Positions 37,659-46,843 of a stretch of DNA of 64,000 bases are shown one piece after another; the stretch's first letter is position 1; every line of letters starts with the position of its first letter. The stretch lies in contig JAFEBT010000001.1 of NCBI GenBank assembly GCA_018242545.1, forward strand, positions 23,180 to 87,179, given 5' to 3'. The position numbers were made by a program, and so were the translations under genes. The stretch comes from Pseudomonadota bacterium. Its GTDB lineage: Bacteria > Pseudomonadota > Alphaproteobacteria > 16-39-46. The notes beneath the pieces were generated by a model. It was not told the origin of the DNA and made no database searches. It saw only the letters and a program-made list of their open reading frames with translations.

Positions 37659-37688
37659 TTGACTCCTCTTTAAAGAGAAGTTTACAAT
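37659..37688 (+). promoter_or_regulatory. Candidate sigma70-type promoter for mogA, with a palindrome between -35 and -10
   Basis: TTGACT -18 nt- TACAAT. The spacer contains the perfect 12-bp palindrome CTCTTTAAAGAG (possible operator) in the divergent intergenic region shared with the T4SS operon. Confidence 0.35.
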
Positions 37689-37766
37689 GATTTTTATAAA
37701 AGGAGAAAAGGATTGAAATAAGCTTACTTTTATAAAAAATAAATCTTTTAATATGAGGTGTAATAA

Positions 37767-38423
37767 ATGTTATTTTCTTTTCTAAAATCATATGCCTCCA
37801 TAAAAACTTTTTTAATGTTTTTTGCTTTTTTTCTTCTTTTTGCTCACAAAAGTTTCGTTTATGGAAACAATTCTTCAACGCCAGTCCATGAGCTTCCTCA
37901 AAAATTCTTTCAAGAACGGGTAGAAGGTAAAAAAAATTGGGTTTCTCATGCCGTCATTGGCATTATAACAGCCTCTAATCGTTTAAGAGCTCAAAGTGAT
38001 CTCATTGCAGAAAGACTTTTAAAAACAAATGGTTACGAAGTTAAAAGCTCTCTCCTTATAAAAAATTTAGAGATTACCGACGCCTTAAACCAAATGTTAA
38101 TGGATCCTTCCATCAATGTAATTTTATGTATTGGAGGAACAGGGATTTCGTCGCAGGATGTAACGATTGAAGCTGTTAATCAATTTATTCAGAAACCCCT
38201 TCCCGGCTTTGGGGAACTTTTTCGCTCTCTTACGTACGAACAAACAAAGCATTTAACCTCTCAAATTGGGATTCTCTCTTTAGATACACGCGCAACAGCT
38301 GGTGTTTATAAAAATGTTTTAATTTTTGCAATTCCAGGTTCTCCCCATGCCACGACCCTTGCAATAGAAAAGATCATTATCCCGGGCTTGCCAACTCTTT
38401 TAAGACAATTAACAAAAGAATAG
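37767..38423 (+). CDS. mogA: Molybdenum cofactor biosynthesis protein MogA/MoaB family (true start uncertain; ORF has a hydrophobic N-terminal extension)
   Basis: ILCIGGTGISSQDVTIEAVNQFIQKPLPGFGELFRSL...AIPGSPHATTLAIEKII matches the MoaB/MogA GGTG motif and fold signature. Confidence 0.65.
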   Translation: MLFSFLKSYASIKTFLMFFAFFLLFAHKSFVYGNNSSTPVHELPQKFFQERVEGKKNWVSHAVIGIITASNRLRAQSDLIAERLLKTNGYEVKSSLLIKNLEITDALNQMLMDPSINVILCIGGTGISSQDVTIEAVNQFIQKPLPGFGELFRSLTYEQTKHLTSQIGILSLDTRATAGVYKNVLIFAIPGSPHATTLAIEKIIIPGLPTLLRQLTKE

Positions 38424-38449
38424 AAACCTTATACTGAGCTCCCTTTGTC

Positions 38450-39160
38450 ATGTACCCTCTTTTTCATCAAAACCAACCTTTCTCTCTTCTTCATACCCTC
38501 AACTTTAACCGTTTAAGAAAAAGAATGGTTGAAAATCAACTCTATCCTCATAATGTTACTGAGGAGCGTATTTTATATATGTTTAAAACAATTCCGCGTG
38601 AAAAATTTCTTCCAGCACCTTTTCATCCTATAGCTTATTCAGATGGCCTTCTTAAAATTCTTTCAGACACCTACATAATGCCTCCTTTTATGCTTGCCCG
38701 ACTTATTCAGGCTTTAAACCCACAAGATTCTGATTCAACGCTCGTTATAGGAGATGTAACAGGATACACTGCTGCCCTTCTTTCTGGACTTTCAGGGGGC
38801 GTCGTTTCTTTAATTCCAGACACGCTTCCTGACGCGCATCTTGAAGCCATGAAAGAAGCTTTAAATACATATTCTCCAAACCCCGTCATTTTAAAGCAAG
38901 GGTCACTTGAAAAAGGAGCTCCCCTCTATGCACCTTATACACATCTGTTTTTTGAGGGCTCTGTTCCATTCTTTCCAAAAAACCTTTTGGATTCTTTAAT
39001 GACAAAAGGCTCTGCTATTGCGATGCTTTGGAAAACACCTTATCTTACAAAAGCAACTCTTTATAAAAAAACAGAGTTCAGTTCCTCAGAACAAGCCTTA
39101 TTCGAAGGGTTTTTGCCGCCTCTTTCTGGATTTAAAAAAAAATCTTCTTTTTCTTTTTAA
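38450..39160 (+). CDS. pcm: Protein-L-isoaspartate O-methyltransferase family protein
   Basis: N-terminal region ...RILYMFKTIPREKFLP and SAM motif I-like STLVIGDVTGYTAALLSGL resemble the PIMT (protein-L-isoaspartate O-methyltransferase) family. Somewhat divergent. Confidence 0.5.
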   Translation: MYPLFHQNQPFSLLHTLNFNRLRKRMVENQLYPHNVTEERILYMFKTIPREKFLPAPFHPIAYSDGLLKILSDTYIMPPFMLARLIQALNPQDSDSTLVIGDVTGYTAALLSGLSGGVVSLIPDTLPDAHLEAMKEALNTYSPNPVILKQGSLEKGAPLYAPYTHLFFEGSVPFFPKNLLDSLMTKGSAIAMLWKTPYLTKATLYKKTEFSSSEQALFEGFLPPLSGFKKKSSFSF

Positions 39161-39169
39161 GGAATTTTT

Positions 39170-39490
39170 ATGAAAAATTTACAAATTACAGTAGATGATT
39201 TCGCAACCCTCCAAAAATTGAAGGAAGATTTTATCGTCATTGATGTTCGAGAATTATGGGAAGTTGAAAAAGCCCCTTTTAAAGGAGCTCTTCATATTCC
39301 TCTTGCAAATCTTGAGAGTCAGATTTCTCAAATTCCAAATTCTTCTCTTCTCATTACATTATGTCATCATGGGATAAGAAGTCTAAAAGCTGCTTATATT
39401 CTTAATCAGGCCCAAAGAAAATGTTTAAGTTTAAAAGGAGGCATTGAAGAATATGCCTGCCTTATTGATCCTGAAATCGTCCGTTATTAG
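39170..39490 (+). CDS. Rhodanese-domain protein (single-domain sulfurtransferase)
   Basis: FIVIDVRELWEVEKAPFKGALHIPL...ITLCHHGIRSLKAAYIL. The active-site Cys loop is CHHGIRS. Confidence 0.7.
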   Translation: MKNLQITVDDFATLQKLKEDFIVIDVRELWEVEKAPFKGALHIPLANLESQISQIPNSSLLITLCHHGIRSLKAAYILNQAQRKCLSLKGGIEEYACLIDPEIVRY

Positions 39491-39660
39491 GAGGCAAGAT
39501 TAAAAATAAGTAAAAAATTCTCTTATCTACTTTATCTACCCATGTGAACCCTCTCTTATTTTTTATCCAAAAATTTCTGGCAATATAATTTTTGATATTG
39601 ACAATAAACTTTTAACTTGTAGATTTAAAATCGCCTATAATCAAAAAAAGTGGGGATATC

Positions 39661-39987
39661 ATGAAAAAAACCATAATGTTAAAACAAACTCTCGCTGTAT
39701 GTTTTCTTATTTTATGCTCTTCCTTAAAAAGTACCGCTTTTAATAACGAAGACATAGCGGCATGTAATAAATGCCAAGCTCTCAATGCATGTCAAAAATG
39801 CAGAGCCATCTATCACTCTTATATCTCAGCCTTAAGTGATTGTCATAACACCAAAACAAATAATAAGGCAAATGCAGCTTGCCGTAAAGGTTGCGAAACG
39901 AAATATACTCAACTTTTTAATGCATGTATAAAAAAATCGGTCCCTCCAGAGTTTCAAGGGCAATGCACCTTTGTTAGCCCTGAATAA
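39661..39987 (+). CDS. Small secreted cysteine-rich protein (10 Cys), unknown function
   Basis: Signal peptide MKKTIMLKQTLAVCFLILCSSLKSTA, then paired-Cys motifs (CNKCQALNACQKC, CRKGC). Confidence 0.45.
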   Translation: MKKTIMLKQTLAVCFLILCSSLKSTAFNNEDIAACNKCQALNACQKCRAIYHSYISALSDCHNTKTNNKANAACRKGCETKYTQLFNACIKKSVPPEFQGQCTFVSPE

Positions 39988-40291
39988 TAATAAAAAACTG
40001 CTCTCTCTTCGATAGAGGACCTTTTAAACAGTATGTAAAAGTGAAAGACAAGTTCTGAATTTAGTTTCTAACTTAGTATAAGAGCTATATTCTGAACATG
40101 ATTTCGACAATTCTATTTCGGAAACTTTTTTAGAAAACTCTCACATTTTTATGAGGCTCAAAGAATTCTCTTCGGGAACTGCTGTTGTCTACTTGCCTCC
40201 TTTCTTAAAGTATGTCTATATAAAATAGAATTTAAGATTTATTTTGAACTCTCATAAATCATAAAAAGTTAAAGGTCTAAAAGGTTTCTCC

Positions 40292-41815
40292 ATGATTTTT
40301 ACATCCTCTTTGCGTTCTTTAAAAACAGGACTCTCTCTTCTTTTATTCTTCTTTGGAAGCTTAGGTTTTTATGAGCGTCTTTCTGCAGAGACTTTAAAAG
40401 AAGCAATTGCACTTGCTTATCAAACCAACCCAACTCTTGCCTCGGCTCAAGCGGGAACAAAAGCAACAGCTGAACTTCTCGCTCAAGCAAACGCAGGTTG
40501 GCGCCCTACAGCTCAACTCATCGGATCTGTTGATCAAGAGTATAAAGATACGGCCCATTCTTCTTTAGCCGGAAATTCAGGATTTACAAGAAGAGATGGA
40601 ACGAGAGCTGGACTTGAGATTGCTCAAAATGTTTATAGTGGAGGTGCAACAGAAGCCAACGTTCAAATGAGAAAAGCAGAAGTTCAAGCAACGATCGCAG
40701 GATACAGAAAAACAGAACAAGACCTCCTTCTTGCAGTTATTAAAGCTTATTTAGAAGTTTTAAGAAATCAAGCTATTCTCGATCAAACACAAAAACATCT
40801 TTTACGTTTAAAAAAAGAATTTGAACAAGGAAAAGCACGCTTCGACCTTCAAGATATTACTTTAACAGATCTTGCTCAAATAGAAGCAGACCTTGCACAG
40901 GCTCAATCTAATCTTATAAAAGCAGAGGGTGATCTTGAGTCTGCACAAGCTGAATACGTAGGTGTTGTTGGTAAAATGCCTGATCTTTTAATATTTCCAG
41001 AAGCCCCTCTTTTTCTTCCAAAGACAAAAGAAGAAGCGTTTGAAATTGCTCTGAATCAAAATCCTGATTATATCAAAAGTCAATTTGAAGAAGACTCTTA
41101 CAAAAATAATATTGATATTGCTCTTGCATCAATGCGTCCTTCTGTTGATGTAAAACTTGCGCTTACAAGAAACGAAAATAATGACAGCTTTGCAAAAAGA
41201 AGTCGTGTTTATGATGGTGTTGCAACAGCATCTGTGAAAGTTCCCTTGGATATTTCGGGAGACTCTCAATCAAAAGTCCGAAAAGCACGTCTTGAGGCTT
41301 CTCAAAAGCGTCTTACACGCAAAGCTATACGTGATAAGCTTTCAGCAACTGTTTCCCAAAAAATGGATACTTTAACAACCACACAATCTCAAATCATCCG
41401 CTTTAAAGAACTCGTAAAATTCAAAAAAATTGCAAGAGATGGTATGGCGCTGGAAGAAGAAGTTGGAGCCCGTACCGTTAACGACCGTCTAAAAGCTGAA
41501 GATGAATATTATGAAGCAGAAGTTGCCCTTATTGACGCACGCGTAAAAGAACTTATCTCTCATTTTGAGCTTCTCTCGGAAATGGGAGAACTTACACTCG
41601 CCCGTCTTGACGTTCCTGTCATGCCCTATAATCCTGATTCTTATGTCAATGAAGTATATTGGGCTCCTTATAATCTTTCTGTTGAAGATGACACGCATTC
41701 CCTAAAAGGCATTTCAGATGGGACAAAAAATCCTGAAAAAGAAAAAAAGATTGAGGAAATAAAAGATAAAGAAGAACAAGAAACAATATTGGAAGAGTTG
41801 GAAAAAATAAAATAG
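40292..41815 (+). CDS. tolC: TolC-family outer-membrane efflux/type I secretion protein, with a Lys/Glu-rich C-terminal tail
   Basis: Signal peptide. Two-repeat alpha-helical/beta-barrel pattern of TolC (LKEAIALAYQTNPTLASAQ..., LLAVIKAYLEVLRNQAIL..., second repeat DLESAQAEYV...). Tail KEKKIEEIKDKEEQETILEELEKIK. Confidence 0.8.
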   Translation: MIFTSSLRSLKTGLSLLLFFFGSLGFYERLSAETLKEAIALAYQTNPTLASAQAGTKATAELLAQANAGWRPTAQLIGSVDQEYKDTAHSSLAGNSGFTRRDGTRAGLEIAQNVYSGGATEANVQMRKAEVQATIAGYRKTEQDLLLAVIKAYLEVLRNQAILDQTQKHLLRLKKEFEQGKARFDLQDITLTDLAQIEADLAQAQSNLIKAEGDLESAQAEYVGVVGKMPDLLIFPEAPLFLPKTKEEAFEIALNQNPDYIKSQFEEDSYKNNIDIALASMRPSVDVKLALTRNENNDSFAKRSRVYDGVATASVKVPLDISGDSQSKVRKARLEASQKRLTRKAIRDKLSATVSQKMDTLTTTQSQIIRFKELVKFKKIARDGMALEEEVGARTVNDRLKAEDEYYEAEVALIDARVKELISHFELLSEMGELTLARLDVPVMPYNPDSYVNEVYWAPYNLSVEDDTHSLKGISDGTKNPEKEKKIEEIKDKEEQETILEELEKIK

Positions 41816-41847
41816 TGTGTTAAAATTCCTAAAAAAGGAAGGGTATC

Positions 41848-42324
41848 ATGCATAAAACTTTTAACGACCTCTCATTAAAAACACGGGAAAATTCTATTAA
41901 ACTCTTAAATAATCAACTTGCCGATAGTTTTGATCTCTATAGTCAAATCAAACAAGCCCATTGGACAGTTCGTGGTTCAGATTTTATAGCACTTCATGAA
42001 CTTTTTGACTCTGTTGCAAGCCATATTCTTGAAGCTGTTGATCTTATTGCTGAACGCATTCAACAATTAGGAGGTTCAGCAGAAGGAACCGTGCGCATCA
42101 GTGCTCAAAAATCATCCCTTCCAGAATATCCTTTAACAATTACCCACTCTCTCGATCATGTTCGTGCGGTCTCAAAAGCTCTTTCACATTTTGCAAAACG
42201 TGTTCGCCACGATATTGATTTGGTTTCTTCTCAAGATACCATCACGGCAGATATGCTCACTGAGATTATGCGAAACGTTGATAAAGATTTATGGTTTGTA
42301 GAATCTCATCTAGAGCAAGAATAA
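41848..42324 (+). CDS. dps: Dps (DNA protection during starvation, ferritin-like)
   Basis: LLNNQLADSFDLYSQIKQAHWTVRGSDFIALHELFD is the Dps ferroxidase-site signature. Confidence 0.85.
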   Translation: MHKTFNDLSLKTRENSIKLLNNQLADSFDLYSQIKQAHWTVRGSDFIALHELFDSVASHILEAVDLIAERIQQLGGSAEGTVRISAQKSSLPEYPLTITHSLDHVRAVSKALSHFAKRVRHDIDLVSSQDTITADMLTEIMRNVDKDLWFVESHLEQE

Positions 42325-42537
42325 AAAATATTGCGTTTTATTTTTTGAAAAAGTCTCCCTCTTTTAAAAAATAATTTTTTCAATTCATTTCAAAAACAAG
42401 AGAAATTCAATGCTTTTTCACTGAGAATTTTTGTTTACAGGAACTTTAGTTTGGCGTAAAGTTTCCCTTTCTTCAAACACGATACGCCTCGAAACAGCTT
42501 TTGGGATGTATTTTTATGGATATTGAAAGAGACGAAC

Positions 42538-43011
42538 ATGGAAAAAATCCCCATGACCCCAACAGGGTTCGATGTTTTAAAAAAAGAATTAAAACGTCTA
42601 AAAACGATTGAAAGACCTGCTGTGATTCAAGCAATTTCTGAAGCACGCGAACTTGGAGATCTTTCTGAAAACGCGGAGTATCATGCTGCACGCGAACGAC
42701 AAGGCTTCATTGAAGGACGTATTGCAGATCTTGAAGATAAAATTGCACGTGCAGACGTCATTGATCTTTCGAAGCTTTCAGGAGACATTGTGAAGTTTGG
42801 CGCTTTCGTCACGCTTATTGATGAAGAAACAGAAGAAAAAGTGACCTACCAGATCGTTGGTGCGGATGAGTCTGATATTAAAGCAGCCCGATTGTCAATT
42901 GCGTCTCCTCTTGCAAGAGCTCTTATTGGAAAGAAAAAGGGAGACAGCATAGAATTTGCAACGCCTAAAAGCAAAAAATTTTATGAAATAACAGCGGTAA
43001 AATTTTCTTAA
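42538..43011 (+). CDS. greA: Transcription elongation factor GreA
   Basis: [23 protein letters not shown]...[37 protein letters not shown] is nearly canonical GreA. Start chosen at MEKIP, five codons into the ORF-track ORF 42523..43011. Confidence 0.9.
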   Translation: MEKIPMTPTGFDVLKKELKRLKTIERPAVIQAISEARELGDLSENAEYHAARERQGFIEGRIADLEDKIARADVIDLSKLSGDIVKFGAFVTLIDEETEEKVTYQIVGADESDIKAARLSIASPLARALIGKKKGDSIEFATPKSKKFYEITAVKFS

Positions 43012-43023
43012 CAGAAAACCTTC

Positions 43024-43623
43024 ATGACGTCATCTATTCCTTATTATAATGAAAATGCACAGGAATTTTTTAATCGGACTGTCCATGTCGATCTTTTTCC
43101 GTTTTATCAGAAATTTTTATCCCTCCTGCCTCCTAAGCCTTATATTTTAGATCTTGGATGCGGATCTGGACGCGATACTCTTTATTTTAAATCTCAAAAC
43201 TTAAAAATAATGGCTCTTGATGCTTCAAAAGAGCTCGCCAAACTCGCATCAGATCATATAGGTCAAGAGGTTGTTGTTATGGATTTTAAAGACATGATGT
43301 TTCAAGATATGTTTGACGGTGTTTGGGCCAATGCTTCACTCTTGCATATCCCCTATGAAAATTTAAATTCCATTTTCAAAAAAATTCATGTCTCTTTAAA
43401 AGAAGGCGGAATTTTGTATGCTTCTTTCAAATATGGAGGAGAAAAAAGAACCGTTGGAGCACGGGACTTTTACGATATGAATGAACATCTCATAAAGCCT
43501 TTTCTTGATCCTTTCTTTGATCTTATTGCAACTGAAAAAGAAACAGATACAAGATCTCAAGTTGCGCCAAGTTCAGAAAATGCATGGCTCCATATTTGGT
43601 GCAAAAAAAATTATACCTCCTAA
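43024..43623 (+). CDS. Class I SAM-dependent methyltransferase
   Basis: Motif I YILDLGCGSGRDTLYF, and post-I acidic residue ALDAS (Methyltransf_11/25-like). Confidence 0.7.
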   Translation: MTSSIPYYNENAQEFFNRTVHVDLFPFYQKFLSLLPPKPYILDLGCGSGRDTLYFKSQNLKIMALDASKELAKLASDHIGQEVVVMDFKDMMFQDMFDGVWANASLLHIPYENLNSIFKKIHVSLKEGGILYASFKYGGEKRTVGARDFYDMNEHLIKPFLDPFFDLIATEKETDTRSQVAPSSENAWLHIWCKKNYTS

Positions 43624-43829
43624 TTTTTTTCTCCAGATATCGTAAGATATGAATACTGATTCTTAGAAAATTCTATAGAATACAATTGCATAAATGTATC
43701 AAATTTTTGTATGAATATTTCCAAAAATTTATATAAAAAAAGACTATCCAATCAGCCCATGGGGAGCTCTTGATTAAACATCAAAATTTACTAATGTAGC
43801 TTTATTAAAGTCATACACATAATAAAAAA

Positions 43830-43866
43830 CCCTTCATTTTGTTTTTATGACAAAATGAAAGGCTTT
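43830..43866. terminator. Bidirectional intrinsic terminator
   Basis: A-run, stem CCTTCATTTTG / CAAAATGAAAGG (one-base bulge), T-run. Lies between the convergent genes. Confidence 0.6.
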
Positions 43867-43879
43867 TTATTATTATTCT

Positions 43880-44440
43880 TTATCTTAACGTTATTCCAAA
43901 AAAAGTTTCTTGAAAAGTTATTTCTACTTCTGATGTTTGAAAATTCAGATGCTTAGAAAATACCGTTCTAGGTAAAGAAAACTGTTTATATTCACCTTTG
44001 ATTACATAGGTATTATATAACGTAAATTTATCAAGGTTATATATCTCAAAATCTCCAGGTCTCAAAATTCCAAGAAATTTTGTACGTTCTGGCTGATACT
44101 GATCAAAAAGAGAGAGTTTCAGAGATTTTGTACTCTTATTATTGATTGTAAGAGTATTAAAAGAAACATTTTCTTTTATCAAAGTAAAAAAAGTTGATAA
44201 ATTCCCACTATTCGCAATAGCCTTAATTCCTTTATTTTCTCTTATCTGATCAAGTTGCTCTTTTCTTATTTGCAATCTCTTGAGTTTTTCAGCTGCTCCT
44301 AGATCTGGATAATCAAATTTAATGATCTGTGCTTGAGAAAAAGTTGTTGAGAATGCACTTAAACATAAAGAAATCGTAAGATTTTTTATGACATTTTTAA
44401 GGTGAAAAGAAATTTTTACTTGTGAACTAAAGTACGTCAT
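43880..44440 (-). CDS. Hypothetical secreted protein
   Basis: 186 aa with a signal-like N-terminus (LTISLCLSAFSTTFSQAQ). No family recognised. Confidence 0.35.
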   Translation of the reverse strand: MTYFSSQVKISFHLKNVIKNLTISLCLSAFSTTFSQAQIIKFDYPDLGAAEKLKRLQIRKEQLDQIRENKGIKAIANSGNLSTFFTLIKENVSFNTLTINNKSTKSLKLSLFDQYQPERTKFLGILRPGDFEIYNLDKFTLYNTYVIKGEYKQFSLPRTVFSKHLNFQTSEVEITFQETFFGITLR

Positions 44441-44996
44441 TTTATAATCTCCTTGGATAGCGTATAATTCATAAAACTTAAAAAAGGTTGCAGCCTTTTT
44501 TAAGAAACTAAGGAGAGAATCTTTCTTAAAAGGTTCTCTTTTTTATTACGAGAAGATGCATTTTTTAGATGCGCATTTTTCCGCGTAACAACTTAAAGCT
44601 ATGGAAAAAAAAACGACTTCTCTATTCAGGAAATAACCGTAAGAAGACCCCTTAAGGGAAATACACGTAGATATTTGAACAAAATATGAATTTTAAAAAT
44701 GTTGAAAAATTGTATAAATTAGGTGATTGTTTTAAAACTCAATTGCTTTACATTAAAAATAAAGTAAATAATAATTTCTAAAATAGGGTATTTTAAAAAG
44801 AAAAATGTTAATTGACCATGTTCATTTAGTGCCGTTTTCGAGTAAAAAAATTGATACTATTTCAATTTTTTTTATAAAATTTTTTTTAAAAAAATTATTA
44901 ATTTTTAAAGTCTAGAGGAATAAAACAACAATATTTCTGTAAAATTGAAAAATTTTTATCTAGACAGTAATAATCATTTTAAATTATGTATTAATA

Positions 44997-45509
44997 ATGT
45001 TTAAAAAAGTAACATTTCAAATACTTATGACAATATTAATTCTTTGGCATAGCACATCTATGATCATAGCACCCTCTCCATCAAGTCAGTTAACGGATGG
45101 CCTTTATTCTGTTTTTGGAGGATATATAGAAACTTTTGGATTATTTTTAAAGTGGGGTTTTTTTGCTCCCAACCCAGGGAAAATGAAAACTATTGATTTT
45201 ATAATAATAGATAAATTAAACAAAGAACATAAGGTGAATCCGTTAAAAATTCTTAAACAATCTGATTCTACGTATTTTAGACATATGGATCTCATGAGAA
45301 ATAGCGCTCGATATATTCACTTGTACGGACCTGCACTCACCCAATATGTTTGTAAAACTTATCCAAGTAATTACCCCAAAAAAATAAAAATTCAAGTAGC
45401 TATACAATCTCAGATCCCTCCTAAAAAATATACAAGCAAAATAAATCTTTTAGATCAAAAAGAGAATTTTAACACTTATACATATTCTTGCAGTACGTTA
45501 GAAAAATGA
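44997..45509 (+). CDS. Hypothetical membrane-anchored protein upstream of/overlapping the HTTM gene
   Basis: 170 aa with an N-terminal TM/signal anchor (FQILMTILILWHSTSMIIAPS). Its stop overlaps the next gene's start, suggesting an operon. Confidence 0.4.
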   Translation: MFKKVTFQILMTILILWHSTSMIIAPSPSSQLTDGLYSVFGGYIETFGLFLKWGFFAPNPGKMKTIDFIIIDKLNKEHKVNPLKILKQSDSTYFRHMDLMRNSARYIHLYGPALTQYVCKTYPSNYPKKIKIQVAIQSQIPPKKYTSKINLLDQKENFNTYTYSCSTLEK

Positions 45510-46834
45510 TGGCACAACATAAACCTTTTTTTAGGTGGATTCATTCTGGTACAACTATTTGGCAACAGTGCTGGTTTTATGGATCGGACACACTTTCCTT
45601 AGAAGTTATTCGCATTGGGTTAGCTTTTATTTTGTTTATTAATTACACATCTTTTAGTTTAGAAGAGTTAAAGTTTTTTTATACGGATATGGGAATTCTC
45701 CCCATAAATTTTAATGAAAATTATTTAATTTTAGGAAGATTTTCACTATTATATTATACAACATCTCTTTGGCAATTTTATTTGTTTTATAGCGTTTTTC
45801 TCTTTGCCTGTTTTTGTTTGATAATTGGATGGCATACTTCTCTTGTAAAATGGCTCGTTTTAGCAGGGCAAATTAGCTTTCTCTACCGATGCCCTTTGAT
45901 CTATTATGGACTTGATTGCCTTTCCTGTAATCTTTTATTAATTTTATGTTTTGCTCCTATTGGAACCTCCTTAAGTCTTGATCGTGCAAGATATCTTCGG
46001 CGTCTTAAACATAAATATGGTATTGAATCTTGGCAGCCTCCTCCTAAAGGCCCTTGGACATCAGCTTGTATTCGACTCATGCAACTACAAATGGCAATTG
46101 CTTTTTTCTATGCCGGTATTTATAAAATACAAGGAGTTGCATGGGGAAGCGGAGAGGCTGTTTGGTTAGCTTTAACACACGCTGAATTTAATAATATTTC
46201 TCTCATTTTATTTTCTAAATATTTTTGGATTGTTAATTTATTAACTTATTATACATTATTCCTAGAATTATCATACCCATTCCTTATTTGGGAAAGAAAG
46301 ACACGTCCTTTCTATTTAATAGGAGCTATTTTACTTCATTTAGGGATCGCAACAATGATGGGTCTTTATCTTTTTTCAGGAATGATGATTTTTGGGCATT
46401 TATCTTTTGTTCCGAGACAATGGTATAGATCTTTAAAATTAAAGTATAAAAATTTAATTTTACCAATTGAAATTATTTATGATGGACACTGCAATTTTTG
46501 TTTACATTCAATGATTTTTCTTCTTTCTTTTGATGGATTTAATCAATGTTGTTATAGAAACTATAGAACAAATCCTTCTCCTTTATTAAAGGAGGAAGAT
46601 CAAGATAAAGAGATACATATCATTTCTAATAATGCTATTTTATCAGGATTTGATGCTTATCGGTATCTTGTATTACATATTCCAGGCTTATGGTGGCTTG
46701 TGCCTGCTTTTTATATTCCTTTTTTAAGTAAGTTTGTGGGCCGACCTTTATATAGATGGATTGCTTCTCGGCGTGCTTCTATATCGGTATGTTTTATAAA
46801 CCATTCTCTGATAAAAGAACAGGATATTGAGTGA
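45488..46834 (+). CDS. HTTM-domain (vitamin K-dependent gamma-carboxylase-like) membrane protein fused to a C-terminal DCC-family (DUF393) thiol-disulfide oxidoreductase domain
   Basis: Multiple TM helices with an HTTM-like N-terminal half (LEVIRIGLAFILFINY...). C-terminal IIYDGHCNFCLHSMIFLL...YRYLVLHIPGLWWLVPAFYIPFLSKFVGRPLYRWIASRR matches the DCC1-like YDG.C..C family. Confidence 0.55.
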   Translation: MQYVRKMMAQHKPFFRWIHSGTTIWQQCWFYGSDTLSLEVIRIGLAFILFINYTSFSLEELKFFYTDMGILPINFNENYLILGRFSLLYYTTSLWQFYLFYSVFLFACFCLIIGWHTSLVKWLVLAGQISFLYRCPLIYYGLDCLSCNLLLILCFAPIGTSLSLDRARYLRRLKHKYGIESWQPPPKGPWTSACIRLMQLQMAIAFFYAGIYKIQGVAWGSGEAVWLALTHAEFNNISLILFSKYFWIVNLLTYYTLFLELSYPFLIWERKTRPFYLIGAILLHLGIATMMGLYLFSGMMIFGHLSFVPRQWYRSLKLKYKNLILPIEIIYDGHCNFCLHSMIFLLSFDGFNQCCYRNYRTNPSPLLKEEDQDKEIHIISNNAILSGFDAYRYLVLHIPGLWWLVPAFYIPFLSKFVGRPLYRWIASRRASISVCFINHSLIKEQDIE

Positions 46835-46843
46835 AATAAGATT

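Noticed and set aside
37767-37920. Hydrophobic signal-peptide-like N-terminal extension on the MogA/MoaB homolog
   Set aside because: MogA is cytoplasmic. The extension most likely reflects an over-extended ORF call, with the true start further downstream or a non-ATG start. It is not treated as a secreted MogA.
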